A stretch of DNA of 63,773 nucleotides, the filler included, from Caldilineae bacterium (GTDB taxonomy: Bacteria; Chloroflexota; Anaerolineae; DTLA01): assembly GCA_037446815.1 (NCBI GenBank). It is 3 parts of 3 records of this genome, joined end to end, with 100 filler letters (N's around TTAATTAATTAA, not from the genome) between each part and the next. Parts side by side here need not be neighbours in the genome. Positions count along the whole stretch, not along the records: positions 45,330 to 63,773 come from JBBIHX010000049.1; 2 more parts are not named here. The stretch is one strand, 5' to 3'. Shown in pieces: positions 46,389-56,135 of this stretch. The first letter of the stretch is position 1. Each line of letters starts with the position of its first letter. Made by a program: the position numbers and the translations under genes. Under the pieces are notes generated by a model that searched no databases, was not told where the DNA came from, and saw nothing but the letters and a program-made list of their open reading frames with translations.

Positions 46389-46751
46389 ATGGACGAGAAA
46401 CCGAGATTCATCATGTGCTACTGCACGGGCGAGTGCCCAGGGTTCCAGACTCTCACCCTGTGGCAACTGGTCAACCGCGTGCGGAGGGAACTGGATGTGG
46501 AGTATGCCATTGTCCACCCGCAACTCCGTGTAGATGACGGAGATCGCTTCTGGCGCGACTACGTCAAGGATTCCGCCACCTATGTTGTGGGAGGGTGCGA
46601 CCCTCGCATGCAGCAGAAGATGTTCAAAGACACCATCGGGGAGATGGGGGGCAACTTTGAGAAGCAGATCATCCCCCTTGACCTGCGCAACATGTCCACC
46701 GATGATGCCTACAACAAGGTGGCGGAGGCAGTGGCGCGCCTGAAGCGATGA
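46389..46751 (+). CDS. Small Cys-rich protein resembling the HdrA N-terminal-like domain
   Basis: CYCTGECP, HPQL, VVGGCDP, LDLRNM; RBS GGAGGGAG. Confidence 0.6.
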   Translation: MDEKPRFIMCYCTGECPGFQTLTLWQLVNRVRRELDVEYAIVHPQLRVDDGDRFWRDYVKDSATYVVGGCDPRMQQKMFKDTIGEMGGNFEKQIIPLDLRNMSTDDAYNKVAEAVARLKR

Positions 46752-46943
46752 AATCGGCGTTCACCGTCGCTCACCGCGGAGCGGCGATGACGAGCACTGG
46801 GGGCAGGGTTGCTCCTGCCCCCAGTTCCTCTGTGCGCTAGGTGGGCACGGTCTCGCCGCTTGCGAGGCCGCTCCTTGAAAGCGCGCTGTGTGTTTGACCT
46901 GCGCGGCAGGGAGTGGTACGATTGAAAACAGGGAGGCTATCGT

Positions 46944-47219
46944 ATGCCCGACGGAATTGCACGAGAAGAAATCCCATGGTACCCCAGGGTCAACTATGAC
47001 ACGTGCGTAGGGTGCCAGGGGTGCATGAACTTCTGCGCGAACGGCGTCTACGAGTGGGATGGCAATGACCATCATCCCATTGTCAGAAACCCATACAACT
47101 GTGTTGTGGGCTGCACTGCGTGCGCCAAACTGTGCCCCATGGAGGCCATCTCCTTCCCGTCGCGCGAGGAACTGGTAAACCTGATGCGCGAACTGCGGAG
47201 GGCGCGCCAGCAGGCGTGA
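46944..47219 (+). CDS. 2[4Fe-4S] ferredoxin family protein
   Basis: IPWYPRVNYDTCVGCQGCMNFC...CVVGCTACAKLCP; promoter TTGACC-17-TACGAT at 46894-46922. Confidence 0.9.
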   Translation: MPDGIAREEIPWYPRVNYDTCVGCQGCMNFCANGVYEWDGNDHHPIVRNPYNCVVGCTACAKLCPMEAISFPSREELVNLMRELRRARQQA

Positions 47220-47348
47220 TGTGGATCGTGTGGGCTGGGTGCGCGTTCGGGGCGGTGGAGCGCTGCAGGCGCTCCTGAAAGCCAAGGAGGTGGCGGCTGG
47301 GCTTTTCCTGCCTGCGGCTAGTAGCATTGCATTCGTGGAAGGTGCAAT

Positions 47349-48206
47349 ATGAACCGGTCCAAGCCCCGTATTGCCGTCGTTACCGACAGCGCCGCATGTG
47401 TCCCCGCGCACCTGGTGGAGGAGTACGGCATCCACGTGGTGCCGTTTGAATTGGTGTGGGACGGCCAGAGTTATCGCGACGGCGTGGACATAACGCCGGC
47501 GCAGGTGTATCGCCGCCTGGCCGAGGGGAAGTCGTTGCCGACGACGTCGCAGCCGTCGCTGGGGGACTTCGCCACCCTGTACCTCCGCCTGGCCGAGGAG
47601 GCAGAAGGGATCGTTTCCATCCATGTCCCCGACGAAGTCAGCGGCACCCTTCAGGCGGCGCGCCTCGCGGCCGAACAGGTTGCGTCTGTGCCGGTGCGAG
47701 TGATTGATTCTCGGACTGCGGCCGCCGCTGAAGGGTTTGTGGTACTGGCCGCGGCTCGTGCGGCTGCCGCCGGGGGCAGTCTGGAAGAAGTTGCTGCGGC
47801 AGCGGAAAGGACCATTCCTCGCGTCGGCCTCTTTGCCACCTTGAAGACGCTGGAGTACCTGCGCCGGGGCGGACGCATCGGTGAGGCTGCGGCACTCCTG
47901 GGCTCTCAACTGCACATCCATCCCATTGTCTATCTGGCTGAGGGGCGGGTGAAGGTGGCGGGGGTGGCACGCAGCCTGCGCAATGCGCTGGAGCGGATCG
48001 TGGAACTGATGGCTGCGCGCGTGGGCGAACACCCGATGTGCGTCTCCGTCTTCCACGCGGATGCTCACCCGGAGGCAGAGTGGCTCCAGGAGAAGGTTTG
48101 CACGCGGTTCAATTGCCAGGAGTTCTACATCACCGAGTTTACGCCTGTGATGGGCGCTCATACCGGCCCCGGAACCGTGGGTCTGGCGTTCTGCAGCAAG
48201 GAGTGA
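47349..48206 (+). CDS. DegV family fatty-acid-binding protein
   Basis: VVTDS, PTTSQPS, SGT, IDSR, LEYLRRGGRIG, AHTGPG. Confidence 0.92.
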   Translation: MNRSKPRIAVVTDSAACVPAHLVEEYGIHVVPFELVWDGQSYRDGVDITPAQVYRRLAEGKSLPTTSQPSLGDFATLYLRLAEEAEGIVSIHVPDEVSGTLQAARLAAEQVASVPVRVIDSRTAAAAEGFVVLAAARAAAAGGSLEEVAAAAERTIPRVGLFATLKTLEYLRRGGRIGEAAALLGSQLHIHPIVYLAEGRVKVAGVARSLRNALERIVELMAARVGEHPMCVSVFHADAHPEAEWLQEKVCTRFNCQEFYITEFTPVMGAHTGPGTVGLAFCSKE

Positions 48207-48211
48207 TGGAC

Positions 48212-48883
48212 ATGGGAAACTTGCTTGCCGCTGCGCTTGCGGTTGTCGGAGGCTATCTCCTAGGCTCCATTCCCACCGCTTACCTCGCCGGCCGGTGGCT
48301 CAAGCACATTGACCTGCGTCGCTACGGCAGCGGGACGGTGAGCGGCACGGGGGTCTACTATCACGTATCGCGGCCCGCTGTGGTGGCCGTGGGGCTGTTT
48401 GACATGGGCAAGGCTTCGCTGCCCACCTGGCTGGCCCTACGGTGGGGGCTCGGGCTTGGGGTCGCAATGGCGGCTGGACTTGCCGCTATGATCGGCCACA
48501 ACTGGCCCCTGTACCTGAACTTCCAGGGAGGGCGCGGGCATAGCGCCATCCTGGGAATCTTGCTCGTGGTGTTCCCGTGGGGGTTCCCGTGGATGCTCGC
48601 CTTTATGGCGGTGGGGCGGCTTGCGCGGTCAACGGCGCTGTTTTCATTGCTGGGCGTGGCGCTGTTGCCCTTGCTGACCGCGCTGACCGGTCAGCCTGCG
48701 GAGGTCTCCTGGGCCGCCGTCGCGATGCTGGTCATTACGATTGCCAAGCGGCTTGAGGCCAATCGGCTGCCCCTTCCGGCGTCAGGCCCGGAGCGGCGCA
48801 GGGTGCTGTTGCGCCGCCTTCTGCTGGACAGAGACGTCAAGGCGCGCGAGGAGTGGGTGGAAAGGAGGCCGACCGAAGGGTAA
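48212..48883 (+). CDS. plsY: Glycerol-3-phosphate acyltransferase
   Basis: YLLGSIP, DLRRYGSG, DMGK, GHNWPLYLNFQGGRG. Confidence 0.85.
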   Translation: MGNLLAAALAVVGGYLLGSIPTAYLAGRWLKHIDLRRYGSGTVSGTGVYYHVSRPAVVAVGLFDMGKASLPTWLALRWGLGLGVAMAAGLAAMIGHNWPLYLNFQGGRGHSAILGILLVVFPWGFPWMLAFMAVGRLARSTALFSLLGVALLPLLTALTGQPAEVSWAAVAMLVITIAKRLEANRLPLPASGPERRRVLLRRLLLDRDVKAREEWVERRPTEG

Positions 48884-49148
48884 ACACACAGGTGGCGGTG
48901 GATTTGGTGGGATTAGACGACAGACGGAGATTGACGAATTCAATGCGCTGCGTATGCGGGTTCAGAACCAGCCGCTTATCGCAGGCTGCGATGCTGTCCT
49001 GACCGTGCTGAAGGGGTATCTCGCCGAGGTCGCGCAGGACTTGAGCAACGCGATTGGATTGGACTACTTCACGTTGGCCTTGGCGGAGTAGGGGAAGATT
49101 GGCGCAGACGTTTCGTTCTGGAAGGGGAACATGAGCTAAGACTATCCC

Positions 49149-49316
49149 ATGTTGAGCGTGGAGGAAGCGCTAGGGCGCGTGTTGGCCGCCTTCCAGCCGC
49201 TTCCTCCAGAGCGAGTGCCTGTGCTTGAGACGCTGGGGCGCGTGTTGGCCGAGGATGTGTACGCGGATATGGACATCCCGCCTCTGGCGAATACCGCCAT
49301 GGACGGCTACGCGGTG
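49149..49316 (+). pseudogene. moeA: 5' fragment of molybdopterin molybdenumtransferase
   Basis: MLSVEEAL...LGRVLAEDV.A..DIPP..NTAMDGYAV, then similarity ends abruptly. Confidence 0.82.
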
Positions 49317-49617
49317 GGCGCTGCTGGGGTGTCTGGTGGTGGCGGGGAGCGGCATGGGGCTGATTCAGTCGCCCTCGGCAACGGTGGCCATTGAGGCGGT
49401 TCGGCCAGAGCAGGTGGGCGTCGCGACCGGCGTGTTCCACATGGGGCGGTTTCTAAGCGGGTCGCTGGGCAGCACGGTGTTCGGGCTGGTTCTCCAGGGG
49501 GATGCCGGAGGGGTTGTGGGTGGGTTCCGATTCAGCGTGATGTTGCTGGTGGTGATGGCGTCCTTGGCCGTGTTCGCCGCTCGCCGCTTGGATGCTCGCG
49601 GGCAAACGGCTTCGTGA
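49315..49617 (+). pseudogene. 3' fragment of an MFS transporter
   Basis: GSGMGLIQSP...AVRPEQVGVATGVFHMGRFLSGSLGSTVFG, final helices only, no start. Confidence 0.75.
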
Positions 49618-49644
49618 TTACATTCCAGACGGAGTGTCGCCTCC

Positions 49645-49820
49645 GACTCGGTTTCGTCTTGTGTTGTTTGGCCCGCGCAGACTCTCCATGCTCCGTTGTT
49701 ATGGCGAGCCGGAGGCGGCACGCCGTCGCCTTTCGGCACAGGGCTGGGGTGAGGGGTGAGATTCTTGGCCGCTGCACGGCTCAGGATGACGGTGGGCAGC
49801 AATAGACCCTGGAGTCAAAT
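49645..49820. mobile_element. MITE copy 7 (degenerate)
   Basis: GACTCGGTTTCGTCTTGTGTTG start, internal REP-like hairpin as in copy 1, eroded right end. Confidence 0.55.
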
Positions 49821-49836
49821 GTTACACCGTCGCATA

Positions 49837-49864
49837 TTGACACACACATGTGTATGTGTATAAT
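49837..49864 (+). promoter_or_regulatory. vapBC promoter with overlapping operator
   Basis: TTGACA-16 nt-TATAAT with palindrome ACACATGTGT in the spacer. Confidence 0.78.
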
Positions 49865-49881
49865 CATCGTGGAGGTAGAGC

Positions 49882-50190
49882 ATGAATCAAAGTTTGGAGC
49901 GGATGCAAATCCTGATGGCTCACCGGCAGAGACAGCGGTTGATGGAATTGGCGGGTGCTCAAAAACGCAGCGTCTCTGACCTCATCCGTGAGGCGGTAGA
50001 TCGCTACCTTGAGCAGGAGGAGACACGGCGCGTGCAGGCAAGACGGGCCATTCACCAGATGAAGGCGGTGCGGGAATCCCTGCTTCGCTCTCGTAGCGGT
50101 CAACCGATGGAAATAGATGCGGCGGAGTTCATCCGTCAAATGCGAGAGGAGCGTACCGATGAGCTCGGTCGCCGAGTTCTTGATTATTGA
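49882..50190 (+). CDS. vapB: Ribbon-helix-helix (CopG-type) antitoxin
   Basis: RMQI...RSVSDLIREAVDRYL; overlaps the PIN gene. Confidence 0.8.
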   Translation: MNQSLERMQILMAHRQRQRLMELAGAQKRSVSDLIREAVDRYLEQEETRRVQARRAIHQMKAVRESLLRSRSGQPMEIDAAEFIRQMREERTDELGRRVLDY

Positions 50191-50599
50191 TGCCAGTTTC
50201 ACCGTGCGCGGTGTGTTGCCGCTCCGCGACAGTGGAAAGGTTGCTGATCGGCTGGAGGAATGGTTTGAGGCCGGGACGAAGATAGCCGTTCCCAGTTTGT
50301 GGCTGCTGGAAGTAACCTCAAGCATCCATCGGCTCATGATGCAGCGTCAGATGGATCGCGAAGAGGCAGAAGCCGCCTTGGACGCTCTGCTGGGGCTTCC
50401 GGTGCAGGTTTTCAATGAGGATGTAGATCTCTGCCGCAGCGCTTTCGCATGGGCAAGCCGTCTAGGGCAATTTGCCATCTACGATAGCATATATCTTGCT
50501 CTGGCGGAACGGCTGAATGCGGTTTTCTACACCGCAGACAAGAAACTGTTGACCCGTTGCCAGGAGATTGGAGTGGGGTTCGTCAGAGTGGCGGAGTGA
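50159..50599 (+). CDS. vapC: PIN-domain toxin
   Basis: IIDAS, VPSLWLLEV, IYDSIYLALA, FYTADKKL. Confidence 0.9.
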   Translation: MSSVAEFLIIDASFTVRGVLPLRDSGKVADRLEEWFEAGTKIAVPSLWLLEVTSSIHRLMMQRQMDREEAEAALDALLGLPVQVFNEDVDLCRSAFAWASRLGQFAIYDSIYLALAERLNAVFYTADKKLLTRCQEIGVGFVRVAE

Positions 50600-50796
50600 A
50601 TTGATTTGCCTGCAGCGCGGCACACGGTCGGCTAGGCGCCGGTTTTACCCGAGGACGGCGCCCGTATCTGGGCCGAGTCCGTGTAGCCTCTGGTCACGGT
50701 CTTGCCGCCTCAGCGACTTGTGCCCGCATTCGGGCGGGCATGCCAAACCCAATCGCGCAGGGCGCCCGATGCAATTCCCCCGGGACGGCGGGCACG

Positions 50797-50880
50797 TCAG
50801 AGCAACTGATCCAGCAGGTCCAGCATTTCCTTGTCGCCGCCGGCAGGGGGAGTCCAATCCACTTGGACGACCTCAACCCC
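50797..50880 (-). CDS. FdrA C-terminal-domain small protein (5' end in gap)
   Basis: VVQVDWTPPAGGD..MLDLL motif of fdrA/YlbE loci. Confidence 0.65.
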   Translation of the reverse strand, partial: GVEVVQVDWTPPAGGDKEMLDLLDQLL

Positions 50881-50980
50881 NNNNNNNNNNNNNNNNNNNN
50901 NNNNNNNNNNNNNNNNNNNNNNNNNNNNNNNNNNNNNNNNNNNNNNNNNNNNNNNNNNNNNNNNNNNNNNNNNNNNNNNN

Positions 50981-52513
50981 CAGCAGTTCGCAGCAGAAGG
51001 CCGCCGCCCTTGCGGCGCTCGGAAACGTGATGACCCCCACCTCGCGCAGCATTTGGGTCTGCAGGCGCAGATCCTGAGGGTCGCCCTCCGTTCCGCAGAT
51101 GGATGCCACGACGGTGAGGTGGCCGCCGCGCTTCTGTGCGGCCCGCTTGGCCTCAAGGATTCCGTCCAGAAGTTCGCCGACGGGATCCGTTGAGGCGTTG
51201 TACCCCAGGATGAAATCCAAGAGGAGTACGGCGACCTGCGGGTCGCGGGCTTCGGCCCGAATGCGCTGCAGGCGCATCGTTCCGTCTATCATCGGGTGCG
51301 GCTTGCCCAGGGTGTAGTAATCGTCGCCCATGTCCACGACGGTGTGCTCGCGGCTGCGGTCGGGATCGGCGAGGGCGTCCTTTGCGTCAAGCGGGGCGTT
51401 GGAATGTACCCGAATGCCCGCCTGCCGGAAGATGTGCTGAGCCTGATAGCAGAAGGTGCCTCCGGCGAAGAGTCCTCGCAGGTACTTCTGTTCGGAGGAC
51501 CAAGCGGCCCTTTCGCGGGCAAGCCATTCCCGTTCCTCCGACGACAGCGGGGGACGGGGCGCAGGTGGCTGGCCGCTCGCCTTGGCAATGGCGAGGCGAA
51601 CCGCGTCGTCAATCACGCTGGCCGTTTGGAAAGCGGCCCCCGAAGTCTCAGGCTCAAGGTGCGCGCCCAGGAAACAGCCGATAACCGGCTTCTTGCTCGC
51701 CTGGAGGCGCGCCACAAGGCGCTCCAGCGTCCTGCTGCCCGGCGGTTTGGAAATCACCGCGATCACCTGCGTGCGAGGGTCTGCCTCAAGCGCATCCAGC
51801 GCGGCAAAGGTGGTCAGCCCCCCGACCTTATCCGAAAGGTCATGGCTGCCTGTGCCGATGGCGTGGGAGATGCCCCATCCTGCGTTGTGTACCTGGGTGG
51901 TGAATTCCTGCAATCCCGTGCCGGACGGGCCGACGGCTCCGATGGGGCCTTGCCGGACGACGTTCGCGAATCCAATTCCCACCCCGCCGATGAGGCTGGT
52001 GCCGCAATCCGGACCCATGACGAGCAGCCCCTTTTCCACGGCGAGTCGCTTGAGCGCCAGTTCGTCGTCAATGGGAACGTTGCTGCTGAATATGAAGAGA
52101 TGCAGGCCGGCGGCAAGGGCCTTGTGCGCCTCGCGGGCAACGTGCTCCCCGGGGATAGACAGCACCGCCAAATTGGCCGCGGGTTTCTGCGCCAGCCCTT
52201 CCTCAAAGGTGTGCAGCCTTGAGGGCTGTGAAGTCTCGGCTACGGCGTTCAATGCCTCATCAATTCGCCCGAGCGTTGCGTTGACGGCTTCGGGAGTGTC
52301 TGCGATGACGGCGACGATGAGGTCATTGGGCTGGGCGGCGTCAATCTGTGGATCGTGAATGCCCATTCGGGTCAGAATCTCTTTGTTCCTGTCGCTGCCC
52401 ATCAGAACGGCTGTCTGTTGCACGCCTGGGAATCCCGAGAGGCGCTTGTTGACGCCCATCAAGAACACAGAGTCGTAATACTGGTTCTTGCGGATGACAA
52501 ATCCGGATGCCAT
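50981..52513 (-). CDS. fdrA: Acyl-CoA synthetase FdrA (3' end in gap)
   Basis: YYDSVFLM, MGPDCGT, SGTGLQE, ISKPP, GGTFC, GKPHPMID, GTEGDPQ. Confidence 0.92.
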
Positions 52514-52523
52514 GGTTACCCCC

Positions 52524-53771
52524 TTAACTTGCGCTGTACTTTCTCCCGAAAGCGATGAGCGCCTTCTTGAAGCATTCCAGCGGGGCGCGCACCAACCCTG
52601 CGCCGATTTTGGGATGACCTGGGTTCTTGTGCGCGATCGCCGTGTCTATGATAGGCGTGATGCCTGTCTGGACAACCTTGCGAATGTCAATGCCGATGGG
52701 CGCACCGATGAAGCCTAGGGCGGGCATGCGGTACGTTGGGTGCGCGGCAACCGTGATCTTCTTCATTTCGCGCGAATAGCCTAAAGCCTCTTCGGGGGTG
52801 CCGCCGACGAGGGTCAGAATCCCCGGCGCGCCGCCGATGACAAACCCACCCCAGCCAACGGTTTCTGTAATCGCCGAATCTCCCATGTCAAGGCCGGCAT
52901 CCGCCGCCGAGTAGCCGGGCACGTAGAGTCCGTCTACCACCGGCGCGGGCGCGGTGAACCACTCGTCGCCAAGCCCGCTGACGCGAATGCCGAATTCCAC
53001 TCCGTTGCGGCACATGGCCGTTACCACGGTGCTGTACTCGATGCCCATGGCCGGGTCGGCGATGGCCTTGCCGCAGGCCATCGCCAGGCCCAGGAAGATC
53101 AGGTCATGGTTGGTGATGTACTTGAGGGTGCCGATCAACATATCTTTCGGTAATTCAGTCTGCGCCATTGCCACTGCCATCGCGTTGGCGAACAGGCTGG
53201 ACGACGCGGAGTGCCGGTTGTGAAGTTCGTCGCCCATCTGGAGCGCTTTGGTGATGATGGGCTTCAAGTCCAACTCCCCGATGGTGTGGAGCGCCTTGCG
53301 CAAGGTGGGCGCCCAAACGTCGCGCCAAAGGCGAAGCCCTTGCAGCGCCTGGTCGCTGTAGTCGCCGAATTGCTGCATGCCTTCCACCTGGCGGCAGAAG
53401 GCGCGGTTGCCAAAGGCTTTGTTCTCCACGACCCAGACAGGGGAAGAGGGCGAAATCGTCCCGGCCATCGGCCCCACGGCCTGATGGTGGTGGTTGGGTT
53501 CCAGGCGGATTGCGCCTTTGTCCAATAGCGCCCTGGCCTCATCGGCGGATTTGGCCCACCCTTCGTACACGACCTGGGCGATGATGGCGCCTTGTTGCGC
53601 TCCACACATGTGTTTCCACTCAATGGGCGGCCCGGCATGCGTGATCATCTTGTCCTGCATGCCTGGAATCACCTCATGGGCGGGCGCGATGTCCACGAGC
53701 ACGGGTTCTCCCATCATAAGGCGACGGACTGCCTCTTCGTTGGCTTTCTCAATCTTCTGCTTGATGTCCAT
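52524..53771 (-). CDS. DUF1116 (YlbE/YahG-like) protein
   Basis: HAGPPI, AVGPMAG, MGDELHNR, DMGDSAITE, IAHKNPG..IGAG. Confidence 0.9.
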   Translation of the reverse strand: MDIKQKIEKANEEAVRRLMMGEPVLVDIAPAHEVIPGMQDKMITHAGPPIEWKHMCGAQQGAIIAQVVYEGWAKSADEARALLDKGAIRLEPNHHHQAVGPMAGTISPSSPVWVVENKAFGNRAFCRQVEGMQQFGDYSDQALQGLRLWRDVWAPTLRKALHTIGELDLKPIITKALQMGDELHNRHSASSSLFANAMAVAMAQTELPKDMLIGTLKYITNHDLIFLGLAMACGKAIADPAMGIEYSTVVTAMCRNGVEFGIRVSGLGDEWFTAPAPVVDGLYVPGYSAADAGLDMGDSAITETVGWGGFVIGGAPGILTLVGGTPEEALGYSREMKKITVAAHPTYRMPALGFIGAPIGIDIRKVVQTGITPIIDTAIAHKNPGHPKIGAGLVRAPLECFKKALIAFGRKYSAS

Positions 53772-53784
53772 TGGAGTTCCTCCA

Positions 53785-54717
53785 CTATGTTCTGACGCTC
53801 CCGGCCTCGGGGGCCGTGAGCAAGCCGGCGAGTAGTCCCGCAAGCATGTCCCAGCCTGTGGAGTGCCCGACTTGCGTCAGTTGCAGGATGGCGGGACGAA
53901 GGCTTGCAGTGGACTCCCCACAAAGAATGCCGTTGATGATGTGATGGAGCGGCGCGATACCATGACCGTTGGCGAGATCATCTAGTAGGACAAGACTGAT
54001 GGGATGAGTTCGCGTGCGATGATGTTCAGACGGGATCGCCAGATCGAGGAAGCGAACGCCCGGATATGCGGCACGAAGGGCTTTGAGGCCGAACAGCAAG
54101 CCGCCAAGGAAGTCGTCGCCAGAAGGCGTCAGGCCGCTGCCCAGGCCGATGAGAGCATCTGCGCAGTGGGCAACGCGGCGCATGTCCTGGCGGCGACAGG
54201 CATCGGCAATATCCAAAACGATGGGCCTTGCATGGGCGAGCACCGGGTCGTCCGTCGCGGCGGCGAAGCCCGGCTCACGCTGCAGGATGGCTGGGATGAA
54301 ACGCCCGAATCCTTGGGCCTGCGAGAAATCCAATTCTGCGGCAAGGGCCCGAACGCTCCTGCCGATCTCGCCCATAGCAACGGCGCGCCCTCGGTCTATC
54401 TGCGGTGGCTGCCACACGGAGGCTGTGGCGCTGTCAAAGGCAAGGCCCCCATCAATCCGCAGGCAGCGGTCGCTCACAGAGAACGACGCGCCTGCGGCCG
54501 GGCGCGGAAAGGGCGCCGTCGTTTTCACGCAACGGCGATGCAAGGGCGCGCCGTCGGACGCCAGCCACAGGAGTTCGCGGGAGTCGGTGAGCAAGTATGT
54601 CGCGTTGGACAACGCGGCCAGCACCGTACCGCGCTGACCCGGCGTGAGATGCGCGTGAGCCGCTGCGCCCATGTGCGTGATATGGGATTGCGTTTCGCTA
54701 CGTGTTGGGTTTGTCAT
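53785..54717 (-). CDS. DUF2877 (YlbF-like) protein
   Basis: LIGLGSGLTPSGDDFLGG, VGHSTGWDMLAG. Confidence 0.88.
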   Translation of the reverse strand: MTNPTRSETQSHITHMGAAAHAHLTPGQRGTVLAALSNATYLLTDSRELLWLASDGAPLHRRCVKTTAPFPRPAAGASFSVSDRCLRIDGGLAFDSATASVWQPPQIDRGRAVAMGEIGRSVRALAAELDFSQAQGFGRFIPAILQREPGFAAATDDPVLAHARPIVLDIADACRRQDMRRVAHCADALIGLGSGLTPSGDDFLGGLLFGLKALRAAYPGVRFLDLAIPSEHHRTRTHPISLVLLDDLANGHGIAPLHHIINGILCGESTASLRPAILQLTQVGHSTGWDMLAGLLAGLLTAPEAGSVRT

Positions 54718-54847
54718 CGGCTGGGTCCTCCGGCCCTCCGAGGTCCGCCAGAGACCCCGGAGGGCCGATGGGTATCCGTTTCAAGCCATGTGCCCGGGAG
54801 CATTGCCGTATCGCTGGCGACGCTCCATACGGACGGGATGCGCAAGT

Positions 54848-56041
54848 CTACTTGGGGCTGCCGATCATGCCCTCTACCAGCCAATCCACCGAGCTCATCA
54901 AGTCATCTGTGAGCACAGAGCCCTCTGGGACCTTGATGTTGCCCGCCTGATCTTTGATGGGGCCTTTGAAGACGACGATTTTCCCGGCCTCCAGGTCGGC
55001 CTTTGTCTGCATGACCAGGTCCTGCACTTCCTTGGGCACTTTCGGCCCGAACGGGGCCAGGGCCATACAGCCATCGGCCAAGCCGCAGCGTAGGAAGATG
55101 GGCTTCCAGGTCTTGTCCAGCACCGTGGAGGTGAGCCAGGTCAGTTTGCCCCCCAGGGTGTAGCCTGTGCCGCAGATCCAGTACTGGGGCGCGAACTGCT
55201 GGGCGGCCAGGGACTGGAACCCGATGGAGTAGACGCCGCGCGATTCTGCCGTTGAAATCACCGTCGCGGGCGAGTCAACATGCATGGTGATGACGTCTAC
55301 GCCCTGGTTGATGAGCGAGTTGGTCGTGTCCGCTTCCTTCGCGCGATCGCCCCAGGAGAAGGTGTAGGCAATGATGGTTTGTACGTTCGGATTGACCGAC
55401 CGGGCTCCCAGGTGGAAAGCGTTGGCGAAGGTCAGCGTCCAGCCCAGCGGGAAGGCGGCGACAAACCCCAACTTGTTGGACTTCGTCATCTTTCCGGCTG
55501 CGACGCCCATCATGTACCAGGTGTCGGGGGGTTTGCCGAAGAAGTTGGCAAAATTCGGCCCCATTTCCCATCCGCCGGCGTGCTCAAAGATGACGTCGGG
55601 GTACTTCTTGGAGAGGCCCAGGGCGGGGTACTGATGGTTGAACGCGGTGGCGATAATCATCTTCGCGCCCTGCTGAATCATGCTCTCCATAGTGGCGGTT
55701 GCTCCCGCCTCGTCGGGCACGTTCTCGGCCTCGATGATCTTGACGCAAGGGATGTTCTTCTTGATTTCCATCACACTGTCGTGCATGGCCTGGTTGTAGC
55801 CTGCGTCCGTGATAGGCCCGCCGTAGAGCGCGCCGATGATGAGGCACGGCTCGGCCTGGGTTGGGACCGCCGTCGGCGCGGGGGTTGGAGCGGCAGTGGG
55901 AGCGGCGGTTGGGGCCTTGGTGGGAGCGGCGACCGGTGGGGCAGTCGTTGGCGTGGGTGTCGCTGCCGGCCCGCAGGCGGACAACAAGAGCATCACGCAC
56001 AGAGTGATGGCTGTAATGGCGTTACGTGTCTTGCCTTTCAT
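54848..56041 (-). CDS. BMP-family nucleoside/purine ABC substrate-binding lipoprotein
   Basis: Lipobox LSAC, Pro/Thr linker, DAGYNQA, AGKMTKSNKLG, FKGPIKDQ. Confidence 0.88.
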   Translation of the reverse strand: MKGKTRNAITAITLCVMLLLSACGPAATPTPTTAPPVAAPTKAPTAAPTAAPTPAPTAVPTQAEPCLIIGALYGGPITDAGYNQAMHDSVMEIKKNIPCVKIIEAENVPDEAGATATMESMIQQGAKMIIATAFNHQYPALGLSKKYPDVIFEHAGGWEMGPNFANFFGKPPDTWYMMGVAAGKMTKSNKLGFVAAFPLGWTLTFANAFHLGARSVNPNVQTIIAYTFSWGDRAKEADTTNSLINQGVDVITMHVDSPATVISTAESRGVYSIGFQSLAAQQFAPQYWICGTGYTLGGKLTWLTSTVLDKTWKPIFLRCGLADGCMALAPFGPKVPKEVQDLVMQTKADLEAGKIVVFKGPIKDQAGNIKVPEGSVLTDDLMSSVDWLVEGMIGSPK

Positions 56042-56135
56042 CTCCGTCTCCTCTCATTGGGATTCTGCATGAAGTGAACGGTATGGTTGATCCATTGACC
56101 TGTAGGTTGCTCTCAACACCTCCTTTCTTCGGTCT

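Noticed and set aside
46944..47219. Ferredoxin as HgcB
   Set aside because: No C-terminal Cys-Cys and no adjacent hgcA
48884..49091. Protein-like stretch ending LSNAIGLDYFTLALAE
   Set aside because: Possibly a gene remnant, but no clear start and no family I can support
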